Part shown: positions 53,883-64,000 of the stretch, in pieces
Layout of the letters: each line of letters begins with the position of its first letter
Numbering within the stretch: the first letter of the stretch is position 1
Assembly: GCA_012295275.1 (NCBI GenBank)
Contig: CM022673.1
Coordinates: 25,482,001 to 25,546,000, forward strand
Direction: 5' to 3'
DNA length: 64,000 nt
From: Chrysomallon squamiferum
Taxonomy: Eukaryota; Animalia; Mollusca
Made by a program: the position numbers and the translations under genes
The notes under the pieces: generated by a model
What the model saw: only the letters and a program-made list of their open reading frames with translations
What the model was told of the DNA's origin: nothing
Database searches by the model: none

Positions 53883-56388
53883 CTAAAAAAAAAGTCTGTA
53901 CAGCCAAAGACTAAGATAATACTTCGGGTTGAACTGCGAAGCAGTGGGGAGCTTCTCAAAACACCAGACACATGTAAGCACGGACAGAAAACAACACTTG
54001 AAGTTTGTACACAGGAGTAAAACAATAGCCTAAAGGTGAAGTGTGGATGGGAATGGCTTCTGACCTTTTGATAAACCTGCTGTGGACGTAGTTGTAGTGC
54101 ACCGGCACTTTCTCTTTCTTAGTTTCTGGTCTGGAGAAACAGTTTTATATGCTTTGTGACAGATTAGTCCTGTTTCATCTATGATTCAAACTTATTTTTT
54201 TTATAAAACAAAGACAGACAGACAGACAGACACACACCCACACACACACACACACAAAGTCACTTCAAGTTGTAATTTCATAAATAATAATACTGGTCAT
54301 CATTATAAATATGTATCAGAAAAAAAAAAAAAATTTACAATTATTTTATACTTTTTCTTGTTTTCCAGTTCAGTTGTAGATATTAGTCCAATAAATATGA
54401 AAACAGTAAAATAAAGATATCATATTAACATTCTTAATTATTATTATTATTAATTTTGTTAATAAAAGAGAGGAAAAACACCATATAATGTAATATATTA
54501 CTTCAGTTTTTATGGCTTTAATACACACATTAAAAAAATATAATAAAGAAAAAGGAAATTCTTAAAAATACTAAACTATTTCACTTACTTCCTTTAAACG
54601 TTTTTCTACTTCACAATGTTCTAAGAAGATTAAAAAAATCTGTTCTAATGCACAAGGTGGACAGACACATTCAAAGAAAGTCACATTCTGTACTGGACAA
54701 CTTCATATGAGAACAAGTTCAAAGTATTGTTCAAAGGGTGGTAACTCTGTTTTTGAAGTCACCTCAGAGCAGGCTATGTGTGTGTGTGTGTGTGTGTGTG
54801 TGTATCTGCATGACGTAGAATACATTAACGTATGATATACATTTTCACGTCCTGTGTATGCATTTAGTAGTTTCTGAACACTGCTTTCAACTTAACACAC
54901 TCGCTCTCTCATGCATATTGTGATCACAATTTTAAATACAACCTTTAGATGCAGGATACAAATTTCTTCAGAACTTAGGTTTTTCATGAGCTTGTGTATT
55001 CAGAAATGCAGAATAAATCAACATGGCTCAATTTTGTTTTCTTTTCAAATGATGGGTGGGGTTTTTGAGTGAAATGAAATATCTGTTAATAAATAACCCT
55101 AAAAAGGTGAACATTTTTAAATGTGACATTTCCCACTGCTCAGATTACTGATTCCCTGCCATTTTAATCCTGTGGATTTTTTTTTTATTTGTTCAGTTAC
55201 TGAAGAACTGTCAACCTACATAAAAGATGAACATATGTATTGATATGTTAACAGTTTTTGTTTCTGCATATTTTCTTGCAGAACTTAAGAAGAACACAAG
55301 GCTCTGTAGATTAGATCCAGTTTCTGTATATACAGATAAATTATATCATTAATTACCATTAGAATTATTCTATTTCATGATTATCATATACAGTGATATA
55401 CACACATGAAAAAAAAAAAATAAAAAAAATAAAATTTACAAAAAGAAGAAAAATGTAAAATACCAGTAAGAACATCCTAAAACAAACACATCATTATTTA
55501 AAACTGCACATGATAATGTCTTTAGCAAGTTAAAGCTGTATTACCTCTCCCATTCTCAATCATTTTCCACACATTAATCTACTCAGCATTTTCAGCCTGA
55601 CACGGAGAATATATCAAAGGAAAAATAAAATGTATTTAGATGTCAAAAACATATTTTTTCTATTAAAAAAAAAAAGTTTAAGACTGCAGTGAGTTAATTA
55701 ATCTCCATTTTTATCTTTCTATGTGTCTACAGGCAAAATTTATCATTATTTTTAAATATTGTACGCTATGACACAAACTTCAATTTCAAATTTTTATCTG
55801 TACCATCTAATGTGTTATGATTAAAAATAGTTTTGAAATATTAATGGGCCAGATTAGGAACATCTCTGCACATTCATAAACACAGAAGAAGTGGATGTTT
55901 CAAATATCAGTTTATATCCCAGTATTATTATCTAATAAAACATATATAAATAAACCACAACTCACAGCAGTATGAATAGGTTGTCAGGGTATATAATAAA
56001 ATTATACATAAAATGTAAAAGCCTATCAGCAACAAAACAAATACAAGTTATAAAGAATATGTATATATACACACACACACACACACATCTATAACATACA
56101 TATATTTCTAGCAATATTAATTGACATAAACTGAAAACAGAATGTATTTTAATTAATAAAATTACATTTAAAAATCAAATTCAACAAAACAGATAATCAA
56201 TTACATATTTCTGACCGAAATTTCCTGTGACTGTTTCAGATTTACTCACATTTAACGAAGAAAAGTTAATTACATCAACAGTGAACTCCTGTACACACTT
56301 GTGTGTCACAACACACAACTATACTACTATCACTGTTGTGAATATATAACAAAATGTTACAGGGAGGATTAAAAACTAAGATGCTCAC

Positions 56389-56600
56389 CTCTCTGTGAAG
56401 TCTGCACCTAACCAACGAGACAGGACTAATCCATGTTATTACGTTAGCAGATAAAAACGCTGCGAAGAAGAAGACGACGATGAACGAGAAAGTGTAGACA
56501 AGAAAGAGGAAGATACTGACACCAGTGCAGCATCCTACTTTATTACAAGCCAGTGTTAACCCAGCACTCCCCAAACCACAGCAGCACGTCTACTGTGGTG
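56389..56600 (-). other. Candidate upstream exon of minus-strand gene (5' UTR exon, or 19-nt microexon 56389-56407)
   Basis: Strong donor GAG|gtgagc at 56388. Acceptors tttcttccctgtactaacag| (56600) and ctcgttggttag| (56407). Complex, GC-richer sequence. Confidence 0.35.
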
Positions 56601-57224
56601 CTGTTAGTACAGGGAAGAAAACACAACACAAACACACAATAGTATTAGGCATAGGGAAATGCAGAGAGATAAGCACTAACGCTTCCTCTAAACAGATGTG
56701 TGCTTAATGCGCTTAGCAAAACAAACAGCTGATCACTAGTGTTACATAAAAAGCAGTAATTTCAATTTAATCAGAGCAAAACTGTGTTTGTATTTCAGCT
56801 GTGTATTCATCGTATTATGATGAAATTGATGCTGCTGTTGTTGTTTTGTAAAGAAATACAAAAACACTGAATGGTGGGGGGTTTTTTTCTTTCTTTCAAT
56901 ACGTAAATGCTGATTTAGTATTTGTAGTAATAATATTATATTTTGTACAAATATATAAATGCAGATATTAAATTTCTTGTGGTAATCCTAAAAAACAGAT
57001 ATTTGTTTAATTACACCATTACACATTTTGCAAAAAAATAAAAAAATAATTTAAAAAATGAAATAATAATAATAATAAATAAATGAAACTGTAAAAATAT
57101 AATAAAATTAAAATAAAAACAATAAGAAAATATACAAAAAAAAACCCAGTTGTTTATTCACTTAAGCTGGGCTGGATTTTATAATAATTTTTTAATTTAT
57201 AAAAATATTTTTATGTAACATGAA

Positions 57225-57420
57225 AATACAGCCATCATTTAAACTACTGACAACAAACAACAGCAAAGGATTTTTGAATACATAAACCTTCTCATAGATG
57301 GGAATAACACACATATCTCCACCAATTATCAAAAACCTCATAGAAAACTGGCTGACTTGGGAAAACAGCAAAATGAGTGATCTAGGAGAATTGATCCACT
57401 TTTACCTCAGAGTACTGATG
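57225..57420 (-). mobile_element. Decayed SINE-like repeat, same family
   Basis: caaacaacagcaaaggatttttgaatacat...cttctcatagatggga is shared with the 15660 and 35740 copies. Confidence 0.45.
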
Positions 57421-58425
57421 ACTTAGTTGTTAAGACATTTTTTTTAAAAGACTTTGCAAACTGAAGAACAGATAATTAATACAGGCAATGACACACAGGA
57501 AAATATCAAATTATCCAGATATAACAAAAAATATTACTGTAACAGTTACTTTGAACCTATGAGGAAAAAGGACGATCATCTCCGGCTTTGTAAAAACTGG
57601 TGTGACAAGTACTTGGGTATCACAGCTGTTTGTAAGTGGTTCATGGTTCAATGTATTTTACACGTTTATTGAACCAGCGAAGCTATTAAAACTGTTCACA
57701 TCTGTTGTGAAAACATAAAATACTGTTATTCTGATCAGAAAAACGTCAATTAAACATTTCCTGAGAATACACAAAAAAAAAAAAAAAAAAAAAATGTTTC
57801 TTGCTGTTTAATTGTTTTAAAAATATTTACAAAAAGTATATATATACTATTTATGTGAGAATAACTTATTTAGATCAAAAAATGTTGTCAAAGTTTTATA
57901 ATCCATAGATTTAACATTACAAAATAAAATAAAAAAAATAAAAAATTAAAAATCATATCACCACCTACTAAACACATTGGTGTCATTTTAAACAATCTGA
58001 ACAAGCAGATTATTTTAGTATCTCTAGTCTGGTAATGTATCACAGATCTTCAGAATCTGTAATGGTTGGTGACTAGAATGTTCAAGATCACTACTCTTAC
58101 TCTTGGACTACTGAAAGTATTTTGTGATCCATTTTTTTCTGCTAAAAAAGTAGTGATTTATTTAATGATTTCAGGTTTCTTCATTTATTAGTTATATGCA
58201 TGTGTTAACGAGAGGATAAAACTTCCTGCCGTGATTAGTAATTAGATATTTTATTTCAACTTACAGCAAAGAACAAATCATGTCAATGATAGGTTTACTG
58301 TCATCTTCATTATATATACTTATTAACATTTTACCTTTATTTGTTTACACAAAGGAAAAGTTTATACTCTGTAACACAAATAAATTCATATAATTTATAA
58401 CTCTAAAAAATGTAAAATGAAAAAT

Positions 58426-58429
<4 letters not shown>

Positions 58430-58499
<70 letters not shown>
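58430..58499. repeat. (GA)n microsatellite
   Basis: Directly visible. Confidence 0.95.
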
Positions 58500-58500
<1 letters not shown>

Positions 58501-59104
58501 AATTGCAGTTGCACTTTAAAAAAAAATAATAATAATAATTTTAACAGGTATAAAAATCCTATTCAGAATAAGCCATCAGTGCAAATTTTACAGTGCAATA
58601 ACCTGCATAGTTTGTAGGCAAACATTCAGTTCCCATCAGTCAAATAAAAATAATTACTCTCCACACTGAAATCTGGTTTGGAAAACTTGATTTAGTAAAA
58701 GAAAATATTTTCTCTAATTATTCCCAGATGTAAAACATTTCTAAATTCTAATAATATAACTTGTATTTATAAGAGATAATTTGTTTAGGCAACTTCATTG
58801 ACGAAACGTTTCCAGTAACAATTACTAAATTAATAACAGTTATTTTTTGATGGGATATGCATGCCTTTGGGGTTTACACAAGTTTATATATTAATTCCAT
58901 TAGGAGCTTATTATCTAAATAATCTAAAAATAATAATAATAGGGAAAACAATGAAATAAACTGGAGTCTAGTAATGAAGTTACGAACTCACTTTATAATA
59001 AATAAATAAAAAATAAATAAATAAATAATAAAGTCAATCTATATGAATTGGCTTTACTATTACTATTAATGTATCATACATTTACATTTTTTCTTTTTCT
59101 TTTA

Positions 59105-59420
59105 AACCATCGACATGCCATTATTCTGAACGTCCTTCAGTCCTGCGTTTCACTTAAAGAAATAAAATAAAAGTTTGCTTTCTCCGTGAAGCTGAGTCTC
59201 GATCTCCATCTGCCAGATTTGATGTCTGAACAACATCGTGAAACGTTACCGCCGCCTGCAACACCGTCGCAAACTTGTGATTTATGATCTCGTTCGACTG
59301 GCGTGAGGTGGTTTGCAGCACGTTTTCGTAGCACGCTTAGGCGAATTGTTATTTCGGAACCAGTGTAGTGAGGATAAAAAATAAAATTTGAATAGGTAAA
59401 CATCGGCGGAAAATTCAAAA
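59105..59420. promoter_or_regulatory. CpG-rich segment, probable shared (bidirectional) promoter / first-exon region
   Basis: One of the densest CpG clusters in the window (accgccgcc, accgtcgc, ctcgttcg, atcggcgg). It lies between the 5' ends of the divergent genes, with a + strand donor TAG|gtaaac at 59396. Confidence 0.55.
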
Positions 59421-59744
59421 TTACATTTGGTAATTCTTACATATTTTTGATTCGCTTTTTAAATAGTTTGATCGTTTCATTTTAATATGGTATTCACTTT
59501 TGCAAAACGTGTAAAATAATGTTCGGTTTAATAAGCAGGGCAAGAACTACAGGGCCACTTTTAATCTTTATAAGTTTATTACACTTTCAACTTTAAACCA
59601 GATTCAGAAATTGAATTGCCAAAAAAGCTATCGTATTCCTAATAGTAATAGTAATGATATTAATACGAAGAATACCATTAGTATCTAACAATCCACATCT
59701 TTGTTTCAGAAAATATGCAAATCGATATTGTTTTGTTCAGAGAA

Positions 59745-59796
<52 letters not shown>

Positions 59797-60377
59797 TAAA
59801 AAAAAAAAAATCTTAATACTAATAGTAATAACAAAACAGCATAAAAAATGAACCTAAGCTAAAAAATATAGTATAGTTTTAAACTGAATTTGAATTAAAA
59901 ATTAATGATGACTCTTCAGGTATAAATAATAATACTCATTATAGTGTTAGTAGCTTACATAGATGATTGCATTAATATGATTCACTCACTGTACAAAAAA
60001 ATATTAGAGGCATTATATGATTTCTTTTAGTAATGCATGTTTTGGTGATTTGTAATTTAATTCATAAACATTTGGCATCAGTGATCCAAAACTAACTGAT
60101 GTAAAGGTAACTTTCTTTTTTCATTATTATTTTGTTACTTTTTTTTTAAAATATCAGTAAAAAGATATATAATTTTGAGTACTCAACATTAGGATTTTAT
60201 ATTGCATTTGTTTAAGAAGAGAGGTGGCTGGATTGTACAGTTTTATTTTACTTTGGCCATAGTATATTTTATATGTTTCATTATCATGTGTAATACTGAA
60301 AAATTAAATCTAATATCTGTTTGAAGCTTGCAGGGTTTTGTAACATAAGAATGAGATGTTGTCAGCACGAAGCAGGT

Positions 60378-60770
60378 TAATAGGTAAGACTTAATATATA
60401 ATAGATAAGACAATATATAATAGGTAAGACTTAATATATATAATAGGTAAGACTTAATATATAATAGGTAAGACTTAATATAAAATAGGTAAGACTTAAT
60501 ATATAATAGGTAAGATTTAATATATAATAGATCAGACAATATATAATAGGTAAGACAATATATAATAGGTAAGACTTAATATATATAATAGGTAAGACTT
60601 AATATATAATAGGTAAGATTTAATATATAATAGATCAGACAATATATAATAGGTAAGACAATATATAATAGGTAAGACAATATATAATAGGTAAGACTTA
60701 ATATATATAATAGGTAAGACTTAATATATAATAGGTAAGATTTAATATATGATAGATCAGACAATATATA
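60378..60770. repeat. Minisatellite, 19-23 bp unit (aatatataataggtaagactt)
   Basis: About 18 tandem copies, roughly 15 of them containing TAGGTAAGA. Confidence 0.95.
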
Positions 60771-60810
60771 AAATCTGTGTATGTTGAAATAGTTAAAGTG
60801 AGCTTCTCAG

Positions 60811-60860
<50 letters not shown>

Positions 60861-60993
60861 CCTCATTCCCCCCTTTCTTAATGTAATTTATCTTTGCTAT
60901 TTTACTTTTTCACTTATTATTAAACACTTGGGTAAGTAAGTTTACCTCACAGTAGCACACACTGACACTTCTCTGACACTGTTTTTGATTCAG

Positions 60994-61166
60994 CTTTGTC
61001 TCAGCCGTCAGAAGGAGACAGCGAGGATGGAATCACATTCACTACGAGTGTGCAGGACAAGGAGGCCAAGGAGGAGGCAAAGAGGGAGCGAAGGAGGAGA
61101 AAGCTGGAGAGAGAATTGTTTGAAACGGAACAAGCTTACATCTATCACTTAGAGGTCATACACAAG
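60994..61166 (+). CDS. RhoGEF (DH-PH; ARHGEF39-like/FGD-like) coding exon, start of DH domain
   Basis: Acceptor ttttgattcag|CT and donor AAG|gtaaag; phase 1 in, phase 0 out. Reads LSQPSEGDSEDGITFTTSVQDKEAKEEAKRERRRRKLERELFETEQAYIYHLEVIHK; RELFETEQAY matches DH conserved region 1 (ELxxTExxY). Confidence 0.9.
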
Positions 61167-61722
61167 GTAAAGACTTTGGTGTTATTGTTTGTAATTTGTA
61201 TTATATAGATATTTGTTTTGTGGTTATATGTAAAACTGTCTTTGAAACAGATTTGGTGAAATTTGGGTGTTTGTTTTAAAGTATTGTTGGCATAAAGAGC
61301 TGTGAAAAATGGATGTTACGGTATATTAAATTTATTCGTTATAATTGATATATTGTAAGGATCTTAGGATGAATTAATTTGTTTTATTAAACATTACAAC
61401 AGATGTCTGTATGATAAATAATTATTTGTTTTTACTTTATATTGTTTTACATGGTTTTTGTGTGAAAAAACAACAAAATGCTATTCATTTCCAGAATTTT
61501 TTTACTGAAGTACTCAAATTATAGATGACACCAAGTTGATCTATATTAAGAACAAAATCTTGTTATTTTATCTTGTAAATATTTATAATCAATCTCTTTT
61601 GGCAACAAGTTAATGCAGTATTTTCAGAAAATTAAAAGAAGACAGTATTTCATTGTCTTAAATGAATATGTAATCATTTATTAATTTCTCGCCACACTTT
61701 CAACACAACACTGTTTTTTCAG

Positions 61723-61938
61723 TACTTCGACTTCCCTCTCAGATTCGCTTGTATTATTCCTGAGGAAGTACACAGTAGAATATTTGGCAATGTGGAACAG
61801 ATTTTGGAGGTGAACCGCAAACTCATTGACTACATGGAACAACAAACAGTAGGACAGGCCTTCCACCAGATTGGTCCATTCCTGAAACTCTATTCAACTT
61901 ACGCTAATGGCCATGAACAAGCTCTTAGTGTTTTACAG
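61723..61938 (+). CDS. RhoGEF DH-domain coding exon
   Basis: Acceptor gttttttcag| and donor CAG|gtttct; 216 nt, phase 0-0. Reads YFDFPLRFACIIPEEVHSRIFGNVEQILEVNRKLIDYMEQQTVGQAFHQIGPFLKLYSTYANGHEQALSVLQ, with DH hallmarks IFGNVEQI and FLKLYSTY. Not in the supplied + strand ORF track. Confidence 0.95.
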
Positions 61939-62235
61939 GTTTCTTATTTAATTTAATTTTTTTTTTTTCTACATAAGGATTATCTGGTGCTGAAATGACA
62001 AATGGTTTTAATCAAAAAAAGATAATAACTAAATGGTAAAACAGTTTTCTTTTATTTTAGACTTCTTTTCATATTTCATTTGCCCCCCATTTCTCCAGAG
62101 AGTAATTTGTGGGTAATGTATATGCAGAAAATTGAAAGGAACAAAATTACAATTTTAATTTATAAAATGTTAGGCAGTGACGTGTGTTGTTTGTAACAAG
62201 AATAGGTTAAAAAGATTTGTGTGTTTGTTTTTTAG

Positions 62236-62354
62236 GAATGGAAACAGAAGAAAAGTGAGTTTAGCGAATACATCAAGACACAGGAAGCTCGCGCAGAAAT
62301 GAAAGGGTTAACACTGAATGCTCTTCTTATCACCCCCGTTCAGAGAATTCCTCG
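62236..62354 (+). CDS. RhoGEF DH-domain coding exon
   Basis: Acceptor gtttttttag| and donor CG|gtaaaa; phase 0-2. Reads EWKQKKSEFSEYIKTQEARAEMKGLTLNALLITPVQRIPR; LLITPVQRIPRY is the DH conserved region 3 signature. Confidence 0.95.
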
Positions 62355-63201
62355 GTAAAAGTCTTACAACACATCATTATTTAGAGAAAAACCCCATCTT
62401 GAATCTTAGTTTTCCTACAGCTATTCTTTTTTGAAATCATCAATCTTATATCACCTTGTATTATTTACTTCATTAAATCCTTTGGTAAATTTTTAAACTT
62501 AATGTACAGATATTTTTGGAATATTTGTCTTCCATTATAACTAGTATCTGTTTCTCTTTGGTATTTACTTTACTGAACTCCTTGGAACTCTGTCTTCCAG
62601 TAAAACATTTTTTATTGCATTATATTATTATTACTTAATTCTGACAGTTTACATATTTTTTTTTTTTTTTTTTTTTTGTTAATTTAAAGATTTATTTGAA
62701 AACTTTGTATTTCATTTTAATTACTTTGTATTAGTACTGTTACACAGTGTTATTTAACATGGATCCATATCTTCCAGTCAACAATTGTATTTCAGATTGT
62801 AACAATTTTATACATTTTTAAACATCTCCACGTCATCAACAATAACAGTGTTGTATTACAATCTGGTAGTTGCATGTTTTAACATGTATAACACTGTTTT
62901 ACATTACAATAAAAATGATGTAATATTTGTCATGGAAATCTACTTTTACTATAATATGAATCATCAGTAACTGATTTAAATGATTGTTTGATGAAGTGGG
63001 AATAAAGTATATTATGAATAATAATTTTAAAAAAAAAAATGACATTTGTATAAAAAGGAAAAAATTTGTGTCAGTTCTATCACAAGTTTGGAAATGATTA
63101 TTTTTAACAAAAAAAACAAACAATTAAAGAAGACTTAATATTGTTCTTTTAATTCTTGTGTTGTCAAAATAATGAACTGTAAATTTTATTTGTTCATCTA
63201 G

Positions 63202-63272
63202 CTACAAGCTTCTGCTTGAGGATCTTTTGGCACACACACCTAAAGATCACCATGACTACCAACATCTGCATG
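63202..63272 (+). CDS. RhoGEF DH-domain coding exon
   Basis: Acceptor ttcatctag| and donor G|gtcagt; phase 2-1. Reads YKLLLEDLLAHTPKDHHDYQHLH, continuing the PVQRIPR-YxLLL motif in frame. Confidence 0.95.
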
Positions 63273-63635
63273 GTCAGTGAGCTATTGCCATTTCATACAA
63301 TTAACATTGTCCATTTTTAAAGTGTACATTTTTGTTATAGAATTCTCCATATTGTTTAACATATAACTGCTGTTCTGTAAGTCTTGTCTCTTTATCAAAC
63401 GTCGTTTATTACAGAGTTATCACCCCTGCTGCACATATGCCTTTACTTATTTTAATTTCTATATGATTATTATTTCCAAACCTTAATCTAAAAGTTTGTC
63501 CTATTTAATGATGGAGAATTTATTTTTACCTTTAATGATTATTTCTGTATATTCTTTACATTTTACACACACTAAGCCAATTATGTAAGGAATATAAGTG
63601 AAAACGATATTCTGATGGTATTTTTAAATTTGCAG

Positions 63636-63799
63636 ATGCAACAACTCAGATAGCTGATATAGCCATGCATATTAATGAACATATTCGTCAGCATGAAAAC
63701 TTCCAGAAAATGTTGAGTATTCAGAAAAGTTTTGATCAGTCTGCACCCAAAATCCTAACACCAGGCAGACAGTTTATCAGAGAAGGTATTCTTAAAAAG
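63636..63799 (+). CDS. RhoGEF exon: end of DH domain, linker and start of PH domain; gene continues beyond window
   Basis: Acceptor atttgcag| and donor AAG|gtaaat; phase 1-0. Reads (D)ATTQIADIAMHINEHIRQHENFQKMLSIQKSFDQSAPKILTPGRQFIREGILKK; PGRxFIREGxLxK is the typical FGD/ARHGEF39-type PH entry. Confidence 0.95.
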
Positions 63800-64000
63800 G
63801 TAAATGAATTTACCTCAGTGAATCATACACATGTTTTTATTATATTATTAATCCACTGAAAATTATATTCTATCTGAAATTTTATAGACATTTTTAAGTG
63901 GGCATTATTTATTGTTAATTTCAAAAAGTTGTTAATAATATGATAAGAATTAAAACAATACAGATTTTATCAGGTTTAAATTAGATATCAGTAACATATT

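Noticed and set aside
56275-56574. Hydrophobic 99-aa ORF resembling a membrane protein
   Set aside because: It has a non-ATG start and its hydrophobicity comes from TTC/GTC-rich sequence. Its phase-0 donor would hit a stop (ATC TAA) in exon 40168.
60243-60764. Minus-strand YIKSYLL-repeat ORFs
   Set aside because: These are translations of the 19-23 bp minisatellite.
61681-61866. Minus-strand 61-aa ORF
   Set aside because: It is antisense to a clear RhoGEF exon.

Overview
AT-rich eukaryotic (animal) genomic DNA, probably from a mollusc; that assignment is inferred only from old SINE-like remnants and repeat style. The window holds two head-to-head genes around a CpG-rich segment at about 59.1-59.4 kb. 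(1) On the + strand, five cleanly spliced coding exons (60994-63799) encode a Dbl-homology domain and the start of a PH domain of a RhoGEF (ARHGEF39-like/FGD-like). The gene runs off the right edge and its start codon is not located. (2) On the - strand, a putative gene with tiny phase-1 exons (40118-40168, 26957-27139, 13510-13578) separated by ~13 kb introns runs off the left edge. One exon carries a motif resembling the vertebrate EYA2 N-terminus, so it may be eyes absent (tentative). The introns contain many minisatellites and microsatellites, a Tigger/pogo-type MITE, decayed SINE copies and many complex enhancer-like islands. Almost all supplied ORFs are simple-repeat artefacts. I see no prokaryotic-type system, CRISPR array, tRNA or rRNA, and I cannot support a claim of a wholly new biological system. 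The best leads are the eya-like modular 5' region, minisatellites built from sense-strand 5' splice-site motifs, and the Tigger4-like MITE.
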